This document shows positions 33,401-42,981 of a DNA stretch of 50,910 nt, in pieces (within the stretch, counting starts at the first letter, position 1; each line of letters starts with the position of its first letter). Source of the DNA: a virus (taxonomy: Duplodnaviria; Caudoviricetes); IMG/VR virus record IMGVR_UViG_3300020147_000012, positions 1 through 50,910 of that record, one strand, 5' to 3'. A program made the position numbers and the translations under genes. Under the pieces are notes generated by a model that was given only the letters and a program-made list of their open reading frames with translations, had not been told where the DNA came from and searched no databases.

Positions 33401-34631
33401 CTGACTTCTTCAGGAACTCGAACTCCTTCTCACTGAAACCTTGGAGCTGCTTATAGGCCCTGGCCAGGCGTTCGTCAGTCGGCAGCTTGCCCGCTTCCAC
33501 GGCAGCCGTCAGGAACTTGGCCTCGTTTGTATTTAAATTGTTTGCTTTGACGATGGCCGGAAGCTTGAGAAGCCGATCATCTTTTAGGGACTCAGCCAGA
33601 TCACGAGCCTTAGTTTCCAGGCCTACGTATTCTTCAGGCAGCCTTACCCAGCCGGAGTCGGTCTTTACCATTGCTGGATCAAAGAGAGCTGTTACGCTGG
33701 AGCGGATGGGAGCAGTCAGATTGTCGATAAAGGTAAAGCCTGGGATCATCTCCATAGCAGCATTGATGCGCTGGCCTGAGAGGACGGACTTGCCGAAGAA
33801 CTTGATGCCACCCTTATCAATAATAGTTTCTGCCATATGAGGAGCCTTTTCCAATAGGTTAGTTAAGGCCTTCTTGGCAAAGTCAGGATCAAGGGGAGCG
33901 TCAATCGTTTTCTTGAGCACATCATCTAGGGCCTCATCAGCAAGATCGTAAATCTCGCCAGGACCACGCATGGCCTTGGCGTTCTTGAAGTTCTTCAATC
34001 GTTCCGTCAATTCCAGACCCTTGGCCAACCCGTTCTTCTGAGCTTCAACGGCCTTGAGATATTTGTAGACCTGTTGGCCCTCGTCGCTGACAGCGGCAGC
34101 TGCGGACGCTTTCTTGCCAAGCTGAGCAGCAGCCTTCTCTCCAAGCGTAACCTTAGTCGTAGCCCGCAGACCGGCAATACCTGAACCGGCACCAAAGGTA
34201 ACGTAGGTGAGGGGATCAAGCACGATGTCTGTAGCGGTACGAACCAAAAAACCGCCGACCTTTTGCATACGGGTAGCGTTGGGATCGGCTTGGCCGAAGA
34301 TCACGTCAGAGGTTGAGATGTTCTGGTCGATAGCTTCTCCTACCGTGTAATCGTCAGAAAGGACACCGGCTACGATCTGGTTAGGAACCGAGATAACGTC
34401 AATGAACTTCTTGAAAGAGTTCTTGAAGGTGTCGCTAACGGTAGAGAGGATGCCCGTAGTAGGGTGGGCCAGTTCTTCAGCGGCTTCGCTGACAGCACCG
34501 CCTTTTGCCCGAGCCAATTCCAACAACCCCGCCGAGGTGGTCAGATCCACATTCGTCGAGCTGCCGAATGAGCTAAATGAACCAAATCCGCTGCTGGAGT
34601 TTTGGTTTGTCCTTTGTTGCCTAAATGCCAC
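30408..34631 (-). CDS. Large internal virion/ejection protein (polyvalent protein with zincin-like HExxH domain)
   Basis: 1407 aa, last gene of the structural module. It has DIVLDPLTY, FH.RN, HELWH...EWFAE and LFDY...IPFYTF motifs. Confidence 0.75.
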   Translation of the reverse strand: MAFRQQRTNQNSSSGFGSFSSFGSSTNVDLTTSAGLLELARAKGGAVSEAAEELAHPTTGILSTVSDTFKNSFKKFIDVISVPNQIVAGVLSDDYTVGEAIDQNISTSDVIFGQADPNATRMQKVGGFLVRTATDIVLDPLTYVTFGAGSGIAGLRATTKVTLGEKAAAQLGKKASAAAAVSDEGQQVYKYLKAVEAQKNGLAKGLELTERLKNFKNAKAMRGPGEIYDLADEALDDVLKKTIDAPLDPDFAKKALTNLLEKAPHMAETIIDKGGIKFFGKSVLSGQRINAAMEMIPGFTFIDNLTAPIRSSVTALFDPAMVKTDSGWVRLPEEYVGLETKARDLAESLKDDRLLKLPAIVKANNLNTNEAKFLTAAVEAGKLPTDERLARAYKQLQGFSEKEFEFLKKSGIPVAFRDNHVPHMLVPSKIQAIPFTRPLSDATGAVKQRTIDQTIFKSDDASLDKLEQVVLGEKDQKVIDNVFKEMKNSGMEIFDDNIITAHVARSMDNIKASTAKLLMREVASKMGAYETVAPQGWVKLNAKKIKDMADFDAGMILGSEGEHILFHPAVAKRIEDFAGAVITDPASNEFLKAFDGLQNLWKASVTAIFPAFHGRNAISNVFLHMMDLGVHSLNPAIHSQAAQLVYLDRKFAKLQAEAMAFNPASISKKATVLPSNTVEDMADFVVGTKKDIDSLYSKESQLNQRIDLGRAREPFVPAAERQGVDIPRGADELIAKLRADTGFGMSAERQLAREGDTLPYSKAKQLVDKTALAIPREQIDAIQRFVDDIGEHMFDDVGLQIFKNGGQQGQYEFGRSVVSIFKKSITENGGKFDRTVIHELWHSLSRFLPEDQIAGVKKTFERDKKTYIKSHPEWEKLLDNAGGMTTVERDAFIKEFPKAEPFLKKELDSDYWKTMYSNETYRLKNIDEWFAENLTDKTFDRFKAMDSATRSVFGHMKNLVKSFISGIQRAFGRDKAGKIMDDFLSRKNDELIRDGNLGMSDSMLFKEGLVNGSQTKVTNKAQDELYELMTKKLFTDATGHEWSFGELREAIKTNGVAFGGKFSGAMDVTPIGGSDLFPGMKNMTVKKGAKKAIKAPVDAGFAVGKLVEEQARLVDFIANLKNTGDVTLAAQRTKMFLFDYQNLTNFERTFLRRMIPFYTFTRKNLELQARSLVTTPGRVAAQAKTIQTLGDVLSGGELTEEEKAALPDWVTQGVGILSKKKGSTVEILTGLGTPLEQPFVAFQPNVFLGSISPLVRTPVEQMSGYSFFQGKMLSDVTNAAAFKSAPPVIKDLIGFTEIKGKRSDGSDFTWYVSLRPERMNLILNFPYARILSSVKQMQTVDVSEQNKIMQQLIGVRPYAFDVEQEAAKREKETRDKLEKLLDKANVVATYKRAFIPKDDKQKDFKGF

Positions 34632-34634
34632 GTT

Positions 34635-35819
34635 TTATTTAAAGATGCCTTTCGGCTTATTGCCGGTGAAGAATTGAGCAACGGCCTTGCCTGGTGCTTC
34701 GGCAACCTTGCCAAGTTGTTTTGCCACATTAACAGCAGGGACACCGCTCTTCTTAGGTGCTGGCTGAGAAGCCAAGATTGAAGCGTAAGCAGTTCGTGCC
34801 TTTTCTTCAGAGTAAGATTTAGGAGAGCTACCAACTTCAGACAAGAACTGGTTGATGTTCTTGCCGGACTTAACAGCATTAGCCGCCATAGAGTTTAGCT
34901 CTGACGCTTCTTCCTGATCCTGGCGCATGATCTCGCCATAGACCAAAGCCGCATCTTCAGAGCCATCCAAACCAGCCAAGAAGCCGGTATCACCGTTACG
35001 ATAAGCAGAGGCCAAAGCAGCAGCCGTAATAGAGTCAATGCGGTTAACTTTATCTCCCTGCAATGCCTTAGCAGCCTGAGCCTTGGAGTTAGCAATTTCA
35101 GCCCTGATCTTCTGTAATTGGAGCTGTCGTTCTTCTGATGCGTAAGGAGCGGCCCGAGCAACAATAGTTTCGATAGTGTCTCCTTCTTTAGTAGGCACAC
35201 CAAATTCCATAGCAATCTGAGAGATTGCCTTCCTTTCTTCGAACGATTGAGCCTTAGCCAAACGCTCCTCAGTCTTCATAGCCAATCCGAATTGGTCACG
35301 AGACAAACGCTGGTTTTCCCGTTGGACAGCCAAGCTGGAAAGGGAAAGGAGGTTTTCAAAGACACGTTGCTGTGCCTGGGTTTTGTATTCGATAGCTTTG
35401 AGCTGGAGTTCAGAGATCTTGCCAGCAGCTTCTGCTTCGCCAGCCAAGATCAGTTCTTGTTTGCGCTGAGCCAGGTCGTTGAGGTTCTTGTCCACGGTCC
35501 CGACTATTTCACGGAGGACACCCATGTTCGTAGCGAACCCAGCACGACCTTCCAAGTTGCCGGTAATAGCCCTCTGTCCTTCTTCCTGGGCATAACCGAT
35601 CTCACGGCCAAACTGAGATTCTATACGCTGAGCACTGGCTTGTTGGCCAGCTTGAACACCCTTAATAGCCTCGCCAATTTTGCTTTCGAGTTCAGTGTCT
35701 TGAGAGGAGATGACTTCCGATTGGGAAAGTAGACGACTTTGGAGAGTATCTAGGAACTTATCGGACTGTGCGCCAGTGTTCGGGTTAGTGATTGTTTTCT
35801 GTTTCGGAGTAGTAGCCAT
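34635..35819 (-). CDS. Internal virion/ejection protein (helical)
   Basis: 394 aa, Q/A/E-rich coiled coil, upstream of the large virion protein; promoter at 35832..35842. Confidence 0.6.
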   Translation of the reverse strand: MATTPKQKTITNPNTGAQSDKFLDTLQSRLLSQSEVISSQDTELESKIGEAIKGVQAGQQASAQRIESQFGREIGYAQEEGQRAITGNLEGRAGFATNMGVLREIVGTVDKNLNDLAQRKQELILAGEAEAAGKISELQLKAIEYKTQAQQRVFENLLSLSSLAVQRENQRLSRDQFGLAMKTEERLAKAQSFEERKAISQIAMEFGVPTKEGDTIETIVARAAPYASEERQLQLQKIRAEIANSKAQAAKALQGDKVNRIDSITAAALASAYRNGDTGFLAGLDGSEDAALVYGEIMRQDQEEASELNSMAANAVKSGKNINQFLSEVGSSPKSYSEEKARTAYASILASQPAPKKSGVPAVNVAKQLGKVAEAPGKAVAQFFTGNKPKGIFK

Positions 35820-35860
35820 TCTGACTTATATATTATACCATAAATTTGTCATACTTGCAA

Positions 35861-37093
35861 CTAGCGGCGGTAGCGATAACGCCGGTTGAAGTTAATGCTT
35901 CGAACCTTAAAGTTCTTTTCTTCGGGGGTCTTGGAAGTAGGGAAGATCTTACGTGCTCGTTCAAGCTGTTTGTTGGCCTCGTCTTCTTGGACCAGGGCAT
36001 CGTTGTAGAGCCGAAGAGGTGATTTGAAGAGCAAACCAGCTGCCTTGTGAGCTATCGCGTACTTGTACTGATCGTACTTACCAGAGAAGAACGGGACATC
36101 AGTAGTAGCCGAGAAGGCGTAAATGTCAGTGCCGGAATTGTTCTTGCCAACCACCCAAGAGACATAGCGGAAGGTAAGCTTCTCAGGCCGGACAACGCGA
36201 AGATAGTCCAAACGGAAGTCGGTATCGTCGCCCTGGGAAACTGTGTAGTTAAAATCGAAACGATAGTAGGTGATATCGCCGGCGTCAGGAGTGCCGGTAG
36301 GAGTAGCATCAGCCCAATTGACCTTGATGGTATTGTCGCCATTGGCAAAGGCCGAACCGTTTATATCCGTCGTAACGGTAGCGGACCAATAGTTTGAGGA
36401 ATCGGTTCCCCAATAGAAGGTGATCGAGCTGAAGTTGGTAACATTAGGAATGTAGGCTTCGAATACCCAGCTAGCCAGGTCTTCGAGATCGGACAAGTCG
36501 GCCGAGTTGGCATCCTCGTTGTAGATAGTAGCCCTGTTGTTTCCTGACTGAGAAACGTCTACGTCAAAGTTCAGAGAACCGTTACCGCTCGTATATTCAG
36601 CCGTATCAATAGTGACGTTAGTAGCGTCAGAGTTGGTGGTATCAGCTTGCCATGTCCCGCCGCCGTCGGTCAAAGAATCGAACTCAGAGATGACCTGAGC
36701 CTGGTATTGAGGGTTGTAGATGATCCCTAAGTACCAGTCGTCATCCTGGTATTCGATTGCGTAGGAAGGTTCCTGGGAGCCTTCAGCGATCTCGGAAGCA
36801 ATCTCCCTGCCGTCCTTACGGGTGAAAGGGGGATAGTTCTTGCCCACGGCCCGCCTTAGTTCGGTAGGTTCCTGGATGTCAGGCACAAGAGCCGTGATCT
36901 TGTAATAGTTCACGGTATCAATAAAGTCGATCTCTTGCGTGCTTACGTTATGATCGTTACCTAGCTCTTCATTGAGCCAGACAACGGCTTCGGTCAAAGC
37001 TTGGAATCGTTCTGCTTGGGAGATGCGGTCGGTTGAGGAGTCACCAATGTTCGTATCGAGGTTGGTGATGAGGTTTGCGAGAGTGACAGCCAT
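35861..37093 (-). CDS. Head-tail adaptor (tail tubular A-like) with inserted beta domain
   Basis: Helical N- and C-termini typical of adaptors flank an acidic beta-rich insert; promoter at 37107..37117. Confidence 0.55.
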   Translation of the reverse strand: MAVTLANLITNLDTNIGDSSTDRISQAERFQALTEAVVWLNEELGNDHNVSTQEIDFIDTVNYYKITALVPDIQEPTELRRAVGKNYPPFTRKDGREIASEIAEGSQEPSYAIEYQDDDWYLGIIYNPQYQAQVISEFDSLTDGGGTWQADTTNSDATNVTIDTAEYTSGNGSLNFDVDVSQSGNNRATIYNEDANSADLSDLEDLASWVFEAYIPNVTNFSSITFYWGTDSSNYWSATVTTDINGSAFANGDNTIKVNWADATPTGTPDAGDITYYRFDFNYTVSQGDDTDFRLDYLRVVRPEKLTFRYVSWVVGKNNSGTDIYAFSATTDVPFFSGKYDQYKYAIAHKAAGLLFKSPLRLYNDALVQEDEANKQLERARKIFPTSKTPEEKNFKVRSINFNRRYRYRR

Positions 37094-37126
37094 ATTGCGT
37101 TTCTATATTATACCACAGATTTTAGT

Positions 37127-39358
37127 TTATTTCAAGGTCGAAGTAGGCTCGTATTCGAGGACGGCGTAGGCCGGAGCGAACTCGTCAGTTCCCAAGGTTT
37201 GGGAGGTAGAATATTCGATCTCTATTTGGACCGCATGGACATACGGCTTGTTGATTTCGAACGACAGATAGCCTTTGTTCATGTCGGCCTTAGTGACATT
37301 CTTACTGAACGATGCCGTCTGGGACTGGTTGAAGTAGAACTTGATCGTGGCGATAACGTCTGAGGAGTTCGTCGCCGTAGGCATCCCGACAAAGTTTATA
37401 TGTCTGATCGTGGAGAGTGTCGGCAAGAACTTTACTTGGCTATAGACATTACCCTGATTGCCCGTCTGAGCAACTGAAGATATGGTGCCTACGCCATGCG
37501 GGAACCACCTGCGGACTTTCTGGGTACTGTCGTCGCTCAGGCCAAGAATGATGCCTTGCCTGGATTGGGTGCTTTCGCTATTGCCGATGAAGATAGCCCC
37601 CGATGTCAGCGTGCCGCTGTATTGGCCGCTGATGTCTCCGATCTTGTACAGCTCTTCAGGCGTACCAGAAATGACCGCACCATGAGCGTAGAAGACTCCA
37701 TCTGCGCCAAGCCAGACAGCCATGTTGTTCATGATCTTCAGCGAGTCTTTGGTGTTGGGATAGGCTGATAATCCCAAGGTCTTAAGGATGGCTCCAGATC
37801 CGCTAGAGATTGACCTGATCTGAGTGAACCTATCGTCACCAATGCAGATAGCCCGAACATCCCCATTAGGAGCGATATAGAGCTTCTTAATGTCTCGGAC
37901 CCCGTACAGTGGGATGAAGTCACGGGTGCCAACGATGGTCGATTGCCGGTCCCATACGTAAACGCCAACGGTCGATTCAGAGTAGGACCGATTGTCACTG
38001 AAGCCGGATTGAGGATTCGATTGAACGCCGATGTACATTTTGCCTCGCGTATCCACGGCATCGACGCAAGTGAAGTAGGAAGGGAACTTGAGGACGTTTT
38101 CGGTTATCGTGCCTTGTTCTCCGCCGGTTTCTGTTCCGTCTATCTTGTGGACGCTGTTATCGTTGAACAGGTAAGCAAAGCCGTTGTCGGCCGTACATAT
38201 GAACGGACTCTGGGAAACCGAGGTCTGGATAAACCTGCCTGAAGCCTGGTCAGTCAGCCAGTTCTCTTCAGAGTTAACGAACGGAAGGCTGGCATATCCC
38301 GCCCTGAGCCTTATCGTCGCCATACTGAAAGAGCTAGAAGAATCCGTACCGGCATTATTCTCGGAACTTGGCGATATTTCTTCTTGGGCAGAACCAAAGG
38401 TGTGATTAGCCGTTTCAGAAAAGGTAGAAGTAAAAGGCAGCTGGTAGGCGGCATTGATAGTTATGCCCATCTCATTGGAAACGTCCGTGTTCGTATTCGT
38501 AGAAGAGGCCGTGACCGGCGCGACCTGATGCGCCCCATCGAAAACAAAGGCATGGATTACGCGGTTGCTAGTAGCCGACCCAAAGGTTACGGAAACGGTT
38601 CCCGTCGTCGGCGCAACAATCCTGTACATGGCCCAGCCGAAGCTGATGCCCCCGGAAAATGAACCAGTTCCTGATCCAATACTGGTCATAGCCGAACCGT
38701 TCCACGTAGCAGAACTTGGAGATACCGCATTGTAAGTAAAGGCAATAGCAACACCGACCTGATTACTGCCGGAAGGAACTGAGATCGGGGTTGAGATAGT
38801 AGTGTTTGAGCTGCCGCCAGAATTTCGATCAAACGCGCTTAGCGTAGGTTCAGCAGAACCTGCCGGATTGATACGACCTCCAATCTGAACCGAATCAACG
38901 CCAGACGGGAAGTAAGTAAACATGATATGGTTATCAGCTGCGGCAGGGGCACTGTAGGCATAGAACAACTTGCGTTCACCGTCGATTTCATATACCTGCA
39001 AATCACTAATCGCCGCACTGGAATTTGCCAGCGTTACGGCGGTAGCGAGAGAAGTGTCATCAAGTCCATCCAATTGGAAAATCGACGGGCCATTCTCGGC
39101 CAAGAACGCATCATCGTTTTCTGAGTCATATTCCGTGGCTGTCAACAGCGCCGCCAAAGAACCTGTAACGGTAGCAAAGGTATTGTTGGCAGGAGACAGA
39201 TACCCGTAACGCTTCATCGGGTTAAAGATGCCGTCAGCGATCTGGTTATCATTGCCAAGGTAGCGAAGGTTTGGCTTCGCCGTAGTATCATTCAAATCTC
39301 CTTGGAAACGCGACACCAGACCAGCGGTGCCTGATAGGTCAAAGATTATTTCTGCCAT
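37127..39358 (-). CDS. Tail nozzle / tubular B-like protein
   Basis: 743 aa, beta-propeller-like composition, adjacent to the adaptor. Confidence 0.55.
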   Translation of the reverse strand: MAEIIFDLSGTAGLVSRFQGDLNDTTAKPNLRYLGNDNQIADGIFNPMKRYGYLSPANNTFATVTGSLAALLTATEYDSENDDAFLAENGPSIFQLDGLDDTSLATAVTLANSSAAISDLQVYEIDGERKLFYAYSAPAAADNHIMFTYFPSGVDSVQIGGRINPAGSAEPTLSAFDRNSGGSSNTTISTPISVPSGSNQVGVAIAFTYNAVSPSSATWNGSAMTSIGSGTGSFSGGISFGWAMYRIVAPTTGTVSVTFGSATSNRVIHAFVFDGAHQVAPVTASSTNTNTDVSNEMGITINAAYQLPFTSTFSETANHTFGSAQEEISPSSENNAGTDSSSSFSMATIRLRAGYASLPFVNSEENWLTDQASGRFIQTSVSQSPFICTADNGFAYLFNDNSVHKIDGTETGGEQGTITENVLKFPSYFTCVDAVDTRGKMYIGVQSNPQSGFSDNRSYSESTVGVYVWDRQSTIVGTRDFIPLYGVRDIKKLYIAPNGDVRAICIGDDRFTQIRSISSGSGAILKTLGLSAYPNTKDSLKIMNNMAVWLGADGVFYAHGAVISGTPEELYKIGDISGQYSGTLTSGAIFIGNSESTQSRQGIILGLSDDSTQKVRRWFPHGVGTISSVAQTGNQGNVYSQVKFLPTLSTIRHINFVGMPTATNSSDVIATIKFYFNQSQTASFSKNVTKADMNKGYLSFEINKPYVHAVQIEIEYSTSQTLGTDEFAPAYAVLEYEPTSTLK

Positions 39359-39388
39359 ATTAAGGTTGTACAGGTGGTACTCTCATGA

Positions 39389-40201
39389 TTAAGCTGTCGT
39401 TACTGTTTTAACGGTTCCGTCCGGTTGTCGCCATTTCAGGTCTTGACCATCCATATACAGAAGGCCATTCTGACCACCGTTCGTTGGGCCAAATCCAAAG
39501 CGCACCCCACCGGCGGATCCATCTCGGACGTAGAACCTTCGCCAAGGATAATTACCGCTTCCTAAGTAAACTGGCGTAAAAATCGTGAATGGCGCGTTTT
39601 GGCTGCTGGAAAATGACCAGGTACCTCCAGTTATTGTTACAGAGTTTGTAGTATTTGAAGCTATCTCATATGCTTGAAACTCTGTGGTTAAATTTGGATT
39701 AGTAACCGTAATGTATTGACCGACAAGCTCATCCACAACAAAAGAAAACTTGCTTGTTGTCATAGTTGTTCCACCTGAAGACACAGTGCCGTCGTCTGAG
39801 GAATAAACTCTTCCTCTGAAGCCGTAAAAAAACGTTTGTTTTGTTGAGCTATCTGTGCCTGACTGATTTTCGATAGTAAGCTGGGCATTATCTACCCCAT
39901 CCTGACTTCCTGTGTCGCTACCAACAACAAGATACCCGCGTTGAATCTGGGAGGTTCGATCACTCGGATCACTTTCTGTTGATTCTGCAAATGCAAAATT
40001 ACCAGTAATAAACTGCTGTCCCGGCTTCAGGTTGATCCCGCCGCTATACAAATAGTCTGATCCATCGTTTCCGCTGTGGGTGTGAGTGGACAGGACGCGA
40101 GACAGCTCTTCGTTCTTAGCTCTCAGGTCTTCGATAGACTTAGCCTGGCTATCAACCGTGCGCTTAAGATCGTCTAATTGTCGTTTTAATTCTTGATCCA
40201 T
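39389..40201 (-). CDS. Tail needle/fibre-like protein
   Basis: Likely start at 40201 (MDQELKRQL); coiled coil, HTH.G motif, LGS..YPWRR.Y. Confidence 0.6.
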   Translation of the reverse strand: MDQELKRQLDDLKRTVDSQAKSIEDLRAKNEELSRVLSTHTHSGNDGSDYLYSGGINLKPGQQFITGNFAFAESTESDPSDRTSQIQRGYLVVGSDTGSQDGVDNAQLTIENQSGTDSSTKQTFFYGFRGRVYSSDDGTVSSGGTTMTTSKFSFVVDELVGQYITVTNPNLTTEFQAYEIASNTTNSVTITGGTWSFSSSQNAPFTIFTPVYLGSGNYPWRRFYVRDGSAGGVRFGFGPTNGGQNGLLYMDGQDLKWRQPDGTVKTVTTA

Positions 40202-40202
40202 A

Positions 40203-40874
40203 TTAAAAGTTTGCGCCCATAAACATAGCGTTGCCCGCAGCAGGGGCAGCACCAGCTGCCGCCAGTTCGAACAAGATTGCTCCATCCGTTACGGCAGAGT
40301 TCCAGGTGGCATTAAAAGTATGTGACCCAGCAGGGCTGATTGGCCCGTCGCTATCGCCAAGATGGATACCGTTTGAAGTATTTGTAACCCTGACCGTAAG
40401 ACCTGAACCAGCTGTGATCGTTGCGCCGCTGGCATCACGGATTCCGACAATCGCCCAACTATTGTCTACAGTGGTGGTTATAGATCCTGAATAGCTGGTA
40501 TTCGAATTGGTATCCGTCGAAGTGGTGCTGGTAGGAATAGGAGCCGATTGATTAACGCCGGAATATGACACAAACCCTGAAGCAATGACCCCTGACACGC
40601 CACGACTGATAACGACGTTGTTCGAACCGCTGGCTGGGTTTACCAGATAGTACACATCGAAAGAACGATCCGTAGAAACCCTATGGGTAGTTAGTTTTGT
40701 CATCGCTACTCCTGCATACGTGATACCGCTTATTCCTGTCGTTGCTGCCGTATCGCCAAGAACCCACACATACATGAAACGGTTGCTCCCCGAACCCACG
40801 GTAAACGGGGTCGTCTGCGAGGTGACAGGGTTGCTTACATGAGGGCCTGAGCTGTTGTCGGGGGCAATAGCCAT
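40203..40874 (-). CDS. Virion beta-sandwich protein (tail-associated)
   Basis: 223 aa, S/T/G-rich; similar to the insert in the nozzle gene. Confidence 0.65.
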   Translation of the reverse strand: MAIAPDNSSGPHVSNPVTSQTTPFTVGSGSNRFMYVWVLGDTAATTGISGITYAGVAMTKLTTHRVSTDRSFDVYYLVNPASGSNNVVISRGVSGVIASGFVSYSGVNQSAPIPTSTTSTDTNSNTSYSGSITTTVDNSWAIVGIRDASGATITAGSGLTVRVTNTSNGIHLGDSDGPISPAGSHTFNATWNSAVTDGAILFELAAAGAAPAAGNAMFMGANF

Positions 40875-42478
40875 TATGCCGAGAAGTTAAGAACAGAACT
40901 GCCGTAGTAATTAGTACCATCGTAGTAGAAGGTAATAATGTCGATCTTGCTTGCAGTCGTCGTGAGAGTCGGAGCGGTGCCGCCTGACCATTTAACAGCC
41001 GCTGGCCAGGTTATGGTTCGTGACCCAGTTCCGTCTTGGACAAGCTTCAAGACTAAGCTGCACGGGCCAGGAGGGGGCGTGAAGGTAAAGGTGCAGTTGT
41101 CGGTCAGCGTGGATTTCTGCTTGTTGCCAGCCGTCCAGTCAATCGTATCGGCGGTGCTGGAATTACCATTGTCAATCTCGCTGAAATAGGCGGTCTTATC
41201 GAATAAGTGCTTAGTAGAGGACTGAACAGAGCCAGTTCCTTTACCGAAGAGCTTGAGCGTGATGTCTGCATCAGAACCATCGACAGTCAGGTAGCCAGGA
41301 TTACCAGTCGTACCATTACCACCGACGAGATAGTTAACCGCTGAAGCGGTTGGGAGAGATTTAAGCCAGGTGGTATTGTTCGTTACATCCTTTATCTCGT
41401 CGATCTTGGGCGTTGTCAGAGTCTTGTTTGTGAGGGTTTCAGTTCCTGCCAGAGTGGCAAAGTCCGCATCAGACAAAGCTGAATTAAACTGAGCCGTTGT
41501 TCCACTGACAGTGTTACTTCCCAAACTAATGGTCTTGTTGGTGAGAGTAGCAACTGCCGCGTTTTTGGTAGCGTCAGAAGTGTTGTCTACGTTACTTAGA
41601 CCAACATCCGTCTTATCCAAAGCGACAGCTCCCGTCTTACCAGCAACAGACAAAACCTGATCGGTATAATCAAGCTTGAGCCAGTTGTCGGCGTAGGTGC
41701 CAGTTGAGGCATTGTCCGCAATCGCCAAGAGGCGGTCGTTAACGCTGAAAGCCACCGAATCAACGGTCCCAGCAACGGTTACAATATATGAATAGCCAGC
41801 CTGAGCTGAGCCAGAACCAGGAAACGTACCAGCAGAAGCATCCCAGCCGCCTTGCAGAACAACGGCAGCATCGAGGGCGTTAACCCGAGTTTCAATCGCA
41901 TCAAGGTCAACGGCTTGAGTTACGGTAATATAGTCAAGCTTTGTCTCATCGGCTGTCGTAAAAGAAGCCGTCGTGTCGTCCAGTACGGAAGAGTGAGCCT
42001 GGACATCTGTACCAATAACGAGTCCAAGAGTTGTCCTAGCAGTCGAAGCGGAATCATCATCCAAAAGAGACTGAGCAAAATCAGTGAAAGTTATCTCTTC
42101 AATATCGCCTCCACCAGCAGAAACACGGCCCAGCAACTTGTCGGTAGCCGATACGTTCTGAATCTTAGCGTAGGTAACAACGTCATTGTCGATAGTCCAA
42201 ATTGTCCCAGAACTAGAAACAGTAATGTCGCCCTTGTCTCCATCAGTCAAAGATCCGCTACCACCGGAAGATTCACCCCACACCGGCAAGCCGGAGGAAA
42301 GTGTCAATACATAGCCATCAGACCCTGCTGCTAAGCGTCGGATTTGGCCGTCGTTATAATAGAGAATATCGCCGTCAGAGTAGGAGAGTCCTGCTAGGGC
42401 TTGCAGGAATTGCGCCTCAGCGTCAGTAATCTCATCAATGCCGCCAATACCAGGATTCTGAGGGTTGAAGTAGGACAT
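40874..42478 (-). CDS. Tail fibre protein 2
   Basis: DGDKGDITVS, VGLSNVDNTSD and TLTNKT repeats; C-terminal QDGTGSRTITWP..VKW.GG domain; promoter at 42489..42499. Confidence 0.8.
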   Translation of the reverse strand: MSYFNPQNPGIGGIDEITDAEAQFLQALAGLSYSDGDILYYNDGQIRRLAAGSDGYVLTLSSGLPVWGESSGGSGSLTDGDKGDITVSSSGTIWTIDNDVVTYAKIQNVSATDKLLGRVSAGGGDIEEITFTDFAQSLLDDDSASTARTTLGLVIGTDVQAHSSVLDDTTASFTTADETKLDYITVTQAVDLDAIETRVNALDAAVVLQGGWDASAGTFPGSGSAQAGYSYIVTVAGTVDSVAFSVNDRLLAIADNASTGTYADNWLKLDYTDQVLSVAGKTGAVALDKTDVGLSNVDNTSDATKNAAVATLTNKTISLGSNTVSGTTAQFNSALSDADFATLAGTETLTNKTLTTPKIDEIKDVTNNTTWLKSLPTASAVNYLVGGNGTTGNPGYLTVDGSDADITLKLFGKGTGSVQSSTKHLFDKTAYFSEIDNGNSSTADTIDWTAGNKQKSTLTDNCTFTFTPPPGPCSLVLKLVQDGTGSRTITWPAAVKWSGGTAPTLTTTASKIDIITFYYDGTNYYGSSVLNFSA

Positions 42479-42520
42479 TCGTTAACTAATTATACCACAA
42501 ATTATACAATATTTCAATAG

Positions 42521-42667
42521 CTACTTCGATTCAGTTTGCTGCTGTTTCTCAGCTTCTTCTCTGGCAAGCTTGGCTATTTCGGCATTGGTATCTCGAAGCT
42601 GGATTTGAAGATATTCAATCTGAGAAACAATGTCGTAAGCGCGGGCTTTAAGTTCGATTAGAGACAT
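42521..42667 (-). CDS. Small coiled-coil protein (48 aa)
   Basis: Manual translation MSLIELKARAYDIVSQIEYLQIQLRDTNAEIAK... Confidence 0.6.
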   Translation of the reverse strand: MSLIELKARAYDIVSQIEYLQIQLRDTNAEIAKLAREEAEKQQQTESK

Positions 42668-42678
42668 AAATTGATGTG

Positions 42679-42975
42679 TTAGTTATTGATCTTGATAGCG
42701 TTCTCGTACTCCGGTAGCGTCAGCAGGTAGGCCTCGACCCTCTGCCTGACATCAATGGTTCCCAAGAGATAAGTGTCAAAGTTTTCGCCGTTGATGACGT
42801 GCAGTTTCGATGCGACAGGGTTCAATCCGGCGATCTTGGCAGCCTGGTCGCGGTAGATCGCCACCTGGGCGACAGCTGCCTTGTTGAAGAAGTTTATATC
42901 GACCGTAATCACTTCGTGATAAGCCTGGGCGTGGTCAACGCCACTATGGTCCGTGTATGCGTATTGTATTGCCAT
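42679..42975 (-). CDS. Putative tail fibre assembly/chaperone protein
   Basis: 98 aa directly after the fibre; ends YLLTLPEYENA. Confidence 0.6.
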   Translation of the reverse strand: MAIQYAYTDHSGVDHAQAYHEVITVDINFFNKAAVAQVAIYRDQAAKIAGLNPVASKLHVINGENFDTYLLGTIDVRQRVEAYLLTLPEYENAIKINN

Positions 42976-42981
42976 ATTGTT

